From an uncultured Pseudomonadota bacterium (GTDB lineage: Bacteria > Oederibacteriota > Muellerivitia > Muellerivitales > Muellerivitaceae): DNA of 64,000 nt. Shown in pieces: positions 8,272 to 17,122 of the stretch (position 1 is its first letter; every line of letters starts with the position of its first letter). The notes under the pieces are model-generated. The model searched no databases. It saw only the letters and a program-made list of their open reading frames with translations, and had not been told where the DNA came from. Position numbers and translations under genes: made by a program. Location of the stretch: positions 416,001 to 480,000 of the forward strand of contig CAVYRH010000004.1 in assembly GCA_963770835.1 (NCBI GenBank), read 5' to 3'.

Positions 8272-9837
8272 ATGAACCCTTCCCACGCCTTCCGGAAAAA
8301 CCTCTGGATTTTGTCCCCCTCCGAAATCCTGACTTCCGCCCTGCTCGTTCTATTTTTCCTCTTGACGATGGGTGCTTGTTTCACTGAAAGGCCCGGCTGG
8401 GAAGCGGCCTTTTGGCAGGCCTTCCTTTCCTGCTTGGTTTGGGCCGGATGGCTTTATTTTGTGGTCGCCGTCCGCCGCCCGCCCCCCATCGGGCTCTGGG
8501 GCCTGGCGCGGGGCCTGGCACCCTGGGGAGGCTTGGTGCTTTGCTACAGCCTGATGAAACCCCTCGTGCCGGTGCTTCATCCCCAGCTTTACGACGCGCA
8601 GTTGCACGGACTGGATTTACGGCTCCTGGGCCGGGGGCCTTCCTTCTTCGAACAATTCCTCATGGGGCGTCCCCGCCTCACCGATTTTTTTTCCGTCTGT
8701 TACCTGGCCCTCTTCGCCTGGCTTTTGGGACTCCTGATTTATCACAGCACCCTCCGGCGCGTCCTCTACCAACGATTTATGTTGGGACTCATCCTGGTTT
8801 ATATCGGCGGGTTTATGGGATATCTCACTTACCCGGCTATCGGCCCACGTTTCGCCTATCCCGACGAGTGGATTTGGTTGAAAGGGGGAGCGGTTTACAG
8901 GGTTGCGGAGTTTTTGATCGTCAACTTGGGATCGCGGTTCGATGTCTTTCCCAGCCTGCACGGCGCCATCTCGGGCTACCTGCTTTTTTGGCAGGCCGCC
9001 CATGACCGCCGTTCGCTGGTGTGGGGCTTGCCCTTAACAATGGGCATCTGGCTTTCCACTTTGTTCCTGGGGTTTCATTACCTGCCCGATTTGATCAGCG
9101 GCGGCCTCTTAGCAGGGGTCAGCGCCTGGTTGGCGCCCCAGATGGAAGTCCTGGTGGGGGCCTACCGGCGATCCCTCCACCCGCCCCGCGTCTGGCTTCT
9201 TTCCCTCACGGAGGGCCACGGCGACTATTACGGAAAACTGGCCGGGCGTTTAAGCGACCTTCTCCCCTTGGGGGGCGAGACCTCCCCGGGGTTCATCTGC
9301 GGGGGAGTGCCGAAAAGCCGGGGAGAAGAGGCCGTCCGCCAGGCCCTGGGGGACCTGGGGGAGGGGCCCTTTTGGCTGAGGCCTTCCGATGTTTCAGGGT
9401 CCAAGAAAAGCACCCTCCAGGCCCTGAAACCCCTCTCGCTCGAACAAGTCGTCCGCGCGGTTTTCGCGCCCCCCACCAAGCGTTATTTCATCGCCCAGAA
9501 AGCGCTGAAGGTCTCGGCGGTCGGGATCTGCCGGTCCTTTCCGCCCCAAGGGCTCAAGCTGACGGACGTGGAAATCCGCATCAATTCTCTGCCCCGGGGA
9601 GACGAACTGATCCTCCGGCTCACCCCCAACCGGACCCTTTTCAAGGGCTGGTTGGATACGCCGTGGAATTATTTCCCACCCTCTTTTCCCTTAAGGGGCT
9701 TTGAGTTGTTCGACGTGGTCAAGCTGACCCGAAAACTGGCGGGCCGATGGGGGAAGTTCACCGAAGTGGAATGGATCCTTTCCGGCGGAAAGGTTTACGT
9801 CCTGGATGGGCGGCCGGTGCTGGAAAAGAGGGAATAG
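8272..9837 (+). CDS. PAP2/inositol-phosphorylceramide-synthase-like membrane enzyme fused to a degenerate PEP-synthase/PPDK N-terminal (ATP-grasp) domain
   Basis: Multi-TM N-half with PAIGP, FPSLH and HYxxD. The C-half aligns by eye to PPDK_N (YGKLAGRL..L..LG..TSPGF, PFWLRPS, IAQKAL..SAVG, EVEWILSGGKVYVLDGRP). Confidence 0.75.
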   Translation: MNPSHAFRKNLWILSPSEILTSALLVLFFLLTMGACFTERPGWEAAFWQAFLSCLVWAGWLYFVVAVRRPPPIGLWGLARGLAPWGGLVLCYSLMKPLVPVLHPQLYDAQLHGLDLRLLGRGPSFFEQFLMGRPRLTDFFSVCYLALFAWLLGLLIYHSTLRRVLYQRFMLGLILVYIGGFMGYLTYPAIGPRFAYPDEWIWLKGGAVYRVAEFLIVNLGSRFDVFPSLHGAISGYLLFWQAAHDRRSLVWGLPLTMGIWLSTLFLGFHYLPDLISGGLLAGVSAWLAPQMEVLVGAYRRSLHPPRVWLLSLTEGHGDYYGKLAGRLSDLLPLGGETSPGFICGGVPKSRGEEAVRQALGDLGEGPFWLRPSDVSGSKKSTLQALKPLSLEQVVRAVFAPPTKRYFIAQKALKVSAVGICRSFPPQGLKLTDVEIRINSLPRGDELILRLTPNRTLFKGWLDTPWNYFPPSFPLRGFELFDVVKLTRKLAGRWGKFTEVEWILSGGKVYVLDGRPVLEKRE

Positions 9838-9838
9838 C

Positions 9839-10312
9839 TTGCCATCGAAAGTGGTCCGATTGGAAAAACTTTTAATTTTCTTGGTTCTTCTCTTTTCCAT
9901 CGTGGGGGCGCGGAAAGCGCTGGCGGCCAACGAGATAATCACCGTACCAGTTGTCCTGGCCGATTATTACGGCTGGGCTTACACGGAAGCCTTCGAGGAC
10001 CACGCCGATATTTATGGATGGTCCACCGCCGGCGTGGATGCCCTGGGATGGACGCTTTTTTTCGCCGCCAACGACTATGACGCCGGGTTGTTTTTGGTGA
10101 ATACGGCCGGGTTGGCCAAGACCCTCTATCCAGTGGCGACGCTTTTGGGCGCGTCTGATTCCGCCGTCCGGGAAAGGGCCTGGATCGCCGTGGGAACCCA
10201 TACGGCGACTTTGCTGACCCTGGAATTATTGGGCCGTCCGGCCCTCAATGTTCAAACCAGCCTAGGGCCCAGCCGGGACGGTTATGGGGTTTCCCTCGCC
10301 TACAAGTTTTAA
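9839..10312 (+). CDS. Hypothetical exported/membrane protein
   Basis: Signal-peptide-like segment ending ALA; C-terminal GVSLAYKF aromatic strand. Start codon uncertain. Confidence 0.55.
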   Translation: MPSKVVRLEKLLIFLVLLFSIVGARKALAANEIITVPVVLADYYGWAYTEAFEDHADIYGWSTAGVDALGWTLFFAANDYDAGLFLVNTAGLAKTLYPVATLLGASDSAVRERAWIAVGTHTATLLTLELLGRPALNVQTSLGPSRDGYGVSLAYKF

Positions 10313-10354
10313 CCACTGATATCGCGAGAGATATTTTCAAAGTCGAGGATGTTG

Positions 10355-10463
10355 TAAATTTTGAATTTTAAATGAAGGTCGCTTTTCGGTTTGGAGTTTA
10401 AAACGAAAAGCTGTCCTTAATTCATAATTAAAAATTTAGAATTTAAAATTCGCCCGAAGGGCG
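10355..10463. repeat. AT-rich heptamer repeats in inverted arrangement plus a terminal CGCCCGAAGGGCG hairpin
   Basis: Left AATTTTG AATTTTA AATG; right AATTCAT AATTAAA AATTTAG AATTTAA AATTCGC. Lies between convergent genes. Confidence 0.6.
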
Positions 10464-11438
10464 CTACTGGAAGTTGTAAACCAACCCCACCGTGTAAGCC
10501 GTGAAGCCCTGTTCCGTCGGCTTGGTGAAGGTTTGGGTTTTTCCCGTAATCGGGCTGAAAACCGTGCCGGCCGAATAATATTGCTGGCCGGCCTGGGCGG
10601 TCAACTGCAGTTGGAAGTCCTTCTGGAAGGTGACTTCCCCCTCCAAGATGGCGGAGGGTATGCGGTCGGATTGATTGATGGTTTTAACGTTTTCGTGGAC
10701 GATGTTCTGGGTTTGAAAGGTATAGTCAATTTCCTGTTGCCCTGTTAAGGAAAAGATCAGGAAGTCCCAAGGGACGAAGGAAACCACTATTCCGCCGCTC
10801 CAATCGCCGGTATCCACCTCAAGTATGGAATCCGGATTGGTGTTGTCCTTGGGATAAATCTGGTTTGCCGGCCCCTGGTGGTTTTCCAAACCCGCGCTTC
10901 CGGTGGGACCCACCGTGAGGGAATCCACAACCTGGAAATTTAAGTTCAGGGTGGAGGCATAAGAAGTCAGGGCGGAGGCGCCATCCTGTAACTGGAAGTT
11001 CAGGGAAGGAAGGAAAATCCCCAACCCCAAACCTCCCTCGCCTGTTATTTCACCGTAGTTCGTGTTGGAACCCTCCAGTAACTGCTGTCCTAGCCCGATT
11101 TCAACGGAAAAATAATCGCCGCTCTCGGTGATGTTATAGGTGCCGGTGAGGTTCAACTCCTTGGTGATTTGGCCCTGGCCTTGCTGGGTGGGCGCGGTGG
11201 AGTAAGTGAAACCCAGTTGCCCGGTCCAATGGGGGATGAAGATTTTTTCCGAAATATCCCCATAGTCGGTTGTGTCGTCGACGCTTTTGGCCGCGGAACC
11301 CGTAACGGCCCCGTTGGCGGCCGGTCCAGGGGCTGGCGCGGCGGAAGCTGGAGTCGGGACGGAAGCAGCTTGCGTTCTCAACGGAACCAAAAACCCGGAA
11401 TAAACCGCCATCAGCCCCAAAAGAAAATAAGTTCTCAT
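10464..11438 (-). CDS. Putative outer-membrane beta-barrel protein (paralog A)
   Basis: Signal peptide, amphipathic strands, C-terminal VGLVYNFQ. ATG at 11438. Confidence 0.7.
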   Translation of the reverse strand: MRTYFLLGLMAVYSGFLVPLRTQAASVPTPASAAPAPGPAANGAVTGSAAKSVDDTTDYGDISEKIFIPHWTGQLGFTYSTAPTQQGQGQITKELNLTGTYNITESGDYFSVEIGLGQQLLEGSNTNYGEITGEGGLGLGIFLPSLNFQLQDGASALTSYASTLNLNFQVVDSLTVGPTGSAGLENHQGPANQIYPKDNTNPDSILEVDTGDWSGGIVVSFVPWDFLIFSLTGQQEIDYTFQTQNIVHENVKTINQSDRIPSAILEGEVTFQKDFQLQLTAQAGQQYYSAGTVFSPITGKTQTFTKPTEQGFTAYTVGLVYNFQ

Positions 11439-11479
11439 GATCTTGTTCCCGAGGAGATTCAACCGGCAGCCCACCGATA

Positions 11480-12373
11480 TTACTTGAAACTATAGCTGAT
11501 GGAAACCGTGCCGCCCACGAAGTTTTGGGAATTGGCTTCCGTATTGGCCACCAAGCCGCCGGTTTCAACGCTGTAGGAAATCCCCGCCGGATAGTAAATG
11601 GTTCCCGCCTGGGGGGCAATCCCCAGGATGAAATTCTTGAAAATTGTGAAATCCATTCCCAAGGTCAATGTGGCCACCCGGTCCGTATTGGCAAGCTTGT
11701 GGATGATTCCCCGGTAAGTGATGTTGGTGCCGTCGTTCTCATATTCGAGGGTGGGGGAAATGGACCACCAGTCCCAGGGAGTGAAGGTGAAGCCCAGGGA
11801 GGAGGTGGCGGTGGTCGTGTCCACCAGGGCGTTTCCAGGCAGGATCGACATGAGGTCGGAAGCCGGGGTTTGGTGGTAACCCGCCGTCCCCCCGAAGACC
11901 AAGTCGACGGCCAAGGGGTCCCAAAGCTGGAAGTCGAGGGTCAGGTCGCCGCCGATTTGATGCCAGCCTTGTTGGCCGCCCCCCAGGTCCAAGTTCAGCG
12001 AAGGGCTAAAGAATCCCAATCCCAAACCGCCTCCCAAGACAAGGGTTCCGGTGCTGGAAGCAACCCCCTCTATTTTTTGGCGGGAGGTTTGGGCCCCGGC
12101 CGAAAGAAAATGCCCCCCTTCGGTGAGGTGGAAAGTGCCCGTGTACGCCAGGGTATTTGTCGATTGGCCGGCCTGCTGGTTGGCCGAGCTTAATTCGAAT
12201 TCATTCTCGTAATAAGGGGTGAAGAGTTTTTCTTCCGAATCATCGATGGAAGAATCATCGGAGGTTTGAACGGAACTTTTGCCCGCCGCCGGGTTTGTGG
12301 TTTGGGCCCGCAGCGGTGAACCAAGGGCCCCGGCCAGGATCAAGGCTATCCACAAATAGGCGTTCTTTTTCAT
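11480..12373 (-). CDS. Putative outer-membrane beta-barrel protein (paralog B)
   Basis: Signal peptide, C-terminal ISYSFK. Shares EK(I/L)FxP, GGLGLG(I/F)FxPSLN, FxPWD and DR motifs with the neighbouring gene. Confidence 0.7.
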   Translation of the reverse strand: MKKNAYLWIALILAGALGSPLRAQTTNPAAGKSSVQTSDDSSIDDSEEKLFTPYYENEFELSSANQQAGQSTNTLAYTGTFHLTEGGHFLSAGAQTSRQKIEGVASSTGTLVLGGGLGLGFFSPSLNLDLGGGQQGWHQIGGDLTLDFQLWDPLAVDLVFGGTAGYHQTPASDLMSILPGNALVDTTTATSSLGFTFTPWDWWSISPTLEYENDGTNITYRGIIHKLANTDRVATLTLGMDFTIFKNFILGIAPQAGTIYYPAGISYSVETGGLVANTEANSQNFVGGTVSISYSFK

Positions 12374-12505
12374 GCCCTCCCCTTTAACAAAGCGATTTGC
12401 GATTGGCGGCAAAGCTTCAGTTAGGAGTTGGACGGTTCAATCCCTTTAAAAGTTCGGCTGGATTTGACTTCCGGAGCCGAGTCCTCTTTCAATCAAGAAA
12501 AAGGA

Positions 12506-13225
12506 TTATTTTTGGACCTGACTGGCCGGTTCTTCCTTGAGGAAGGTATGGATGCCGCACTCGATCTTCCCGGTACCGGCCCAGCGGCCGGAACGCGGGT
12601 CCTCGCCCAGCTTCACGGGGCGGGTGCAGGTTTCGGGCGAGCAGCCGATGGAAAGATAGCCTTTTTCCCAAAGCGGATGGTAGGGCAAGTCGTATTTTTT
12701 TGCGTAGTCCCAGAGCATCTTGCTAGTCCAGTTGAGCAAGGGGTTCACCTTTACCAGGGTGTCCCGGTAGTTTTCAAGGAAGGGGGCGGCCTGGCGGGTA
12801 GCCGCCTGGTTGCGGCGGATGCCGGTGATCCAGGCTTTGTAATCCTTGAGGGCTTTCTCGAAGGGCGCGATCTTGTTCATGGCGCAGCAGGCATCCGGAT
12901 CCCTCTCGTAAAGCTTGCCGTATTGGGCGAGGAATTGCTCGTGGGGGATTTCGGGCGTCAGCTCGCGCAGATTCAACTTCAAGCGGCTCACCACGTAGTC
13001 CCGATGGTCCAGGGTTTCCTGGAAATGGAAGCCCGTGTTGGTGAAGAGCACGGGGATGTCGGGCTTGATTTGGGTGACCAGGTGCAACAGGACGGCGCTT
13101 TCGGAGCCAAAGGAGGTGGACATGGCCAAGTCCGGGCCGAATTCCCCCGCGGCCCAGCGGACGATATCCTCGGAGGTTTGGGTCTCGAAGTCCCGGTTTA
13201 ACTTTTCGTAATCGTAGGATTTCAT
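12506..13225 (-). CDS. cysH: APS/PAPS reductase (Fe-S cluster type)
   Basis: STSFG, TGFHFQET, CC pair (DACCAMNK), WITGIRRNQ, SIGCxxxxC, RSGRW, ECGIH. Confidence 0.9.
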   Translation of the reverse strand: MKSYDYEKLNRDFETQTSEDIVRWAAGEFGPDLAMSTSFGSESAVLLHLVTQIKPDIPVLFTNTGFHFQETLDHRDYVVSRLKLNLRELTPEIPHEQFLAQYGKLYERDPDACCAMNKIAPFEKALKDYKAWITGIRRNQAATRQAAPFLENYRDTLVKVNPLLNWTSKMLWDYAKKYDLPYHPLWEKGYLSIGCSPETCTRPVKLGEDPRSGRWAGTGKIECGIHTFLKEEPASQVQK

Positions 13226-13420
13226 AAAATCTCCAAGTTCCTCAACGGCCTTCGCAATCATACGTTGCCATGAAGGCAAAGACAAGGAAGGGGAGCCAAA
13301 ACCCTTTTTTTACGGGCCTGGAACGGCGGGGAGCCCCTTGAATCGGTTTTTACGTTGACGGTGGGTTAGGGTCCTGGCTATCTTCGACGGCGACTTTCAA
13401 TCAAAACGGCGGGGAAAAGT

Positions 13421-14446
13421 ATGAAAATCTCAAGAATGCTGTTGGCCGTCTCCCTAATCGGGGTAACCCAGGCTCATGCCGATACTTCCCTGAAAGGCAC
13501 CGGCTCCGTACTACCGGCCCCCCTTTATTTAAAATGGATTGCAGAATGGCATCACACTCAAGCGGGTGTCAAAACCCAGTATGAAATAAAAGATTCCTCC
13601 GAAGCAGTCAATAAGGCGTTGAACCATGGTTCGGATTTCGCCGCGACCGACACCCCCTTCACTCTGGAGGAGGAACGCCTGGCACAGAGCCGGGCCATCC
13701 TTCATTTGCCGGTGGCCCTGGAAGCGGTGGCGATCACCTACAACTTACCGGGCGTGTCGACGGGCCTTCAATTGTCGCCGGCCATCCTCTCGGATATTTT
13801 CCGGGGCGTTGTCAAGAAGTGGAACAGCACGGCGATTAAGGAACTAAATCCCGGCGTCGAATTGCCGGACCTGGAAATTCGCGTGGTCCATCGGGAGGAG
13901 GAAAGCAGCCTTCACGATCTTTTCCCCTCTTTCCTGGCGAAACTGGATTCCCAATGGACCTTCAAAAGGGAAAAGGACAAGAAGCTCCATTGGCCGGTGG
14001 GGCAAAACGTGAAGGGGAACGACAAGGTCCTTGAGAAACTGCGCCTATGGCCGGGCACCGTCGCCGCAGTGGATCTTTCCTTCGCGGGACAAAAACACCT
14101 GCCCGTGGCCGCCCTGAAAAATGAGGCGGGAGAATTCGTCCCGCCCTCGGTGGAATCGCTTACCGCCGCCGTTTCCGACCTCCAGAACCTGCCGGAGGAT
14201 TTCCAGGTGAACCTGACCCAATCCCACGCCAAGGGCGCTTATCCCCTTTGCGCTTTTTCCTATTTCTTGGTCCATCAAAATTATTTCAACGTTTATCACG
14301 ACCACAAGAGAGGACAAGCTTTGGTGGATTTCCTGAATTGGGTTTTGACCGATGGCCAGAAGATGGAGGGCGATCTTTCCTACGCGCCCCTGCCGGAGAA
14401 TTTCCTTTCCCAAGTGAGGGAAAAAATAAAAACCATCAAGTATTAA
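13421..14446 (+). CDS. PstS-like periplasmic binding protein, divergent and orphan
   Basis: PAPLYLKW, DFAATD, YNLPG, IFRG...WN...LNPG, GAYP and YAPLP match the PstS fold; several phosphate-loop residues are altered. Confidence 0.8.
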   Translation: MKISRMLLAVSLIGVTQAHADTSLKGTGSVLPAPLYLKWIAEWHHTQAGVKTQYEIKDSSEAVNKALNHGSDFAATDTPFTLEEERLAQSRAILHLPVALEAVAITYNLPGVSTGLQLSPAILSDIFRGVVKKWNSTAIKELNPGVELPDLEIRVVHREEESSLHDLFPSFLAKLDSQWTFKREKDKKLHWPVGQNVKGNDKVLEKLRLWPGTVAAVDLSFAGQKHLPVAALKNEAGEFVPPSVESLTAAVSDLQNLPEDFQVNLTQSHAKGAYPLCAFSYFLVHQNYFNVYHDHKRGQALVDFLNWVLTDGQKMEGDLSYAPLPENFLSQVREKIKTIKY

Positions 14447-15330
14447 TTTTTCCACCCCGGCTCTAACGAAGCTTTCATCCGCCCAATCAGCTGTTCCAAT
14501 TCCTTCCGCATTTCAGATCTGGAAAGCTTGATCCGCTGGCCGTGGCCTGGCAGTACCCATTCGAAGTCAAACCTCAAGAGCCTTTCCATGGATTCGGCCT
14601 GCTTGCGCCAGGAATACCAGGCCACGCTTTGGGAAGCCCCCAATTGCTTGCGCTTCCGGCGCCACCATAAATGGTCCCCAGTGAGGAGGAACCGGTCCTG
14701 GTAAAGCAGCACGCAATGGCCTTCCGTGTGGCCGGGCGTGGGGATGATCTTGAAACCCGGCACTGGTTCCAAAATGTCCATCCCCTGGACGAGGATTTCA
14801 GCACCCGGTTGGGCTCCCTTGTCCTCCTCGTGGATGATCCGCTGGGCCTTGAATCTTTCCGCGTACTTGGCGGCTTCGGCCACATCGTCCTGGTGGGTCA
14901 GGAAGATATAGCGGATTCCGCCGGCTTCCTCGAATTTCTGGACCAAGTGGGGGAGAAACTTTGGGGAATCCACCAGCCAGTTACCCGAGGGATGCCGGAT
15001 GAAGTAACTATTCCCGCCGAAGGATTTCGGAGAGTTGAAGCCGCAGTAAAAAACACCATCTTCGATTTCCAATGGGAAATCGTCCATGATTTCCCCGGAA
15101 TTGTTCTTGTGGAGGGTGCCGATGGAACCGGTAGGGCAGGCCAAGAGGGCCTGCATTGCGGCGCGAGTTTCTGCGAGGCTTAGGGGTTGGTTTTGGACGA
15201 AAGAAGTATCGCCCGCATCGTCAAAAACGCCCGGCGCCAACTGGCGGCAGGTGTCACAGTCGATGCAGGTGGAGTCCACAAAAAACTCGCCTTCGACATT
15301 TTGTGGAACGCTTTTTTTAAAATCCGCCAT
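14443..15330 (-). CDS. Ferredoxin-domain metallo-beta-lactamase-fold protein
   Basis: CIDCDTC...CP ferredoxin motif; THQDD, TPGHT, TGDH, LPGHG. Confidence 0.88.
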   Translation of the reverse strand: MADFKKSVPQNVEGEFFVDSTCIDCDTCRQLAPGVFDDAGDTSFVQNQPLSLAETRAAMQALLACPTGSIGTLHKNNSGEIMDDFPLEIEDGVFYCGFNSPKSFGGNSYFIRHPSGNWLVDSPKFLPHLVQKFEEAGGIRYIFLTHQDDVAEAAKYAERFKAQRIIHEEDKGAQPGAEILVQGMDILEPVPGFKIIPTPGHTEGHCVLLYQDRFLLTGDHLWWRRKRKQLGASQSVAWYSWRKQAESMERLLRFDFEWVLPGHGQRIKLSRSEMRKELEQLIGRMKASLEPGWKN

Positions 15331-15469
15331 AAAAAACAAACCTTGGGTTTTGCCCTGAAAATAAGTGTTTCCCCAAGTTTGGGACGGGGTTGAAATAAAA
15401 ACAAGGCTCGGTTCAAATAATCCGCTAAAATAAAGCGCCTTACCCTAACTCTTTTTTTCCGAGGTCCCC

Positions 15470-17011
15470 ATGGCAAGCCCCAGTCCCGTGCTTTTGGAAA
15501 ATCCGCTTCGCCAGGGATTGTTCAGCGACCGCGTGCCCGAACCCTGCAGCCTGGTGATTTACGGGGCCTCCGGCGACCTGACCCACCGCAAGCTGGTGCC
15601 GGCCCTCTTCGACCTCTACCAAAAGCACATGCTTCCCACGGCCTTCAACCTGGTTGGCATCTCCCGGTCCAAGATGACCGACGAGGATTTCAAAAAGCAC
15701 CTGAAGGAATCGCTGAAACAAAGCGAATCCCAATTGTCGGATTCCCTTTGGGACAGCTTTTCCCAAAACTTCCACTACCTCTCGGGCAGCTATGACGATT
15801 TTAACGCCTACCAAAGCCTCTCCAAGCTCCTCGACGAACTAGACACGGAAAACGGCACGGCGGCCAACCGCATCTTCTACCTTTCCACCCCCCCCAACGT
15901 CTTCGAGAACATCATCTCCAACCTGGGGGCGGTGGGCTTGAGCCGGGAAGAAAAAGGTTTCGCCCGCATCGTGATTGAAAAGCCCTTCGGCCACGACCTG
16001 GACTCGGCCAAGGAACTCAACCTGAAGGTTAAGGAAGTCTTTAAGGAGAACCAGATCTACCGGATCGACCATTACCTGGGGAAGGAGACGGTCCAAAACC
16101 TCCTGGTGATGCGCTTCGCCAATTCCATCTTCGAGCCCATCTGGGACCGCCGGTACGTGGACCACGTGCAGATCACCGCCTCCGAGGATTTAGGCGTGGG
16201 CAGCCGGGCGGGTTATTACGAAAGCTCCGGGGTCCTCCGGGACATGTTCCAGAACCACCTTTTCCAGGTTATGTGCCTGATCGCCATGGAGCCGCCGGTG
16301 ACCTACGAGGCCAACGCCATCCGCGACGAAAAACTGAAGATCCTGAAATCGATCCGCCCCTTCGACGACCGCACCCTCACCCAATGGGCGGTGCGGGGGC
16401 AGTACGGCCCCGGCTACCTGGCGGGGGCGAAGGTTCCCGGCTACCGGCAGGAGGAGGGGGTCAACCCCAAGTCCATCACACCCACCTACGCCGCCATCAA
16501 AATCTTCCTCGACACTTGGCGCTGGCACGGTGTGCCTTTCCTGCTGCGCTCGGGCAAGCGCCTGCCCAAGCGGGCCACCGAAGTGGCTATCCAGTTCAAG
16601 GAACCGCCCAACCTGATGTTCAAAAACAACGCGACCGAGCTTTCACCCAACGTATTAGTCGTGCGCATCCAGCCGGACGAGGGCATCACGCTGAAGTTCG
16701 AGACCAAGGTGCCGGGCATGACCATGGAAGCCCGCACGGTCAACATGGATTTCCGTTACGGGACCACCTTCGCCGAGGGCACTTCCGAGGCCTACGAGCG
16801 CCTGCTGCTGGACTGCATGCTGGGGGACGCCACCCTTTTCATCCGCGGGGATGAAACCGAGGCGGCCTGGGCGGCTTTGATGCCGGTGATCAGCCGGTGG
16901 GAAACCACTGAACCGGAGGGGGATTTCCCCAATTACGAGGCCGGCAGTTGGGGCCCCGCCGCGGCCGACCACATGCTGGAAAAGCCCTGGCGCAAGTGGC
17001 GCAGGCTCTAA
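15470..17011 (+). CDS. zwf: Glucose-6-phosphate 1-dehydrogenase
   Basis: GASGDL, EKPFG, RIDHYLGKE, RDMFQNH, GVPF.LRSGK. Confidence 0.97.
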   Translation: MASPSPVLLENPLRQGLFSDRVPEPCSLVIYGASGDLTHRKLVPALFDLYQKHMLPTAFNLVGISRSKMTDEDFKKHLKESLKQSESQLSDSLWDSFSQNFHYLSGSYDDFNAYQSLSKLLDELDTENGTAANRIFYLSTPPNVFENIISNLGAVGLSREEKGFARIVIEKPFGHDLDSAKELNLKVKEVFKENQIYRIDHYLGKETVQNLLVMRFANSIFEPIWDRRYVDHVQITASEDLGVGSRAGYYESSGVLRDMFQNHLFQVMCLIAMEPPVTYEANAIRDEKLKILKSIRPFDDRTLTQWAVRGQYGPGYLAGAKVPGYRQEEGVNPKSITPTYAAIKIFLDTWRWHGVPFLLRSGKRLPKRATEVAIQFKEPPNLMFKNNATELSPNVLVVRIQPDEGITLKFETKVPGMTMEARTVNMDFRYGTTFAEGTSEAYERLLLDCMLGDATLFIRGDETEAAWAALMPVISRWETTEPEGDFPNYEAGSWGPAAADHMLEKPWRKWRRL

Positions 17012-17013
17012 AT

Positions 17014-17108
17014 AGAGTCGACGGTCGACAGCCCACAGCTGACAGTAAAGGCAGGAGCAGGATTTCCAGGTTTTGCTGTCGACCGTAAGCTGTTGACTGT
17101 GAACTGAC
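17014..17108. repeat. Inverted pair of GACAGYN heptamer tracts
   Basis: Left GACGGTC GACAGCC CACAGCT GACAGTA; right tract is the reverse-complement type (GCTGTC GACCGTA AGCTGTT GACTGTG AACTGAC). Confidence 0.7.
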
Positions 17109-17122
17109 GTTCGAGGTGTTGA

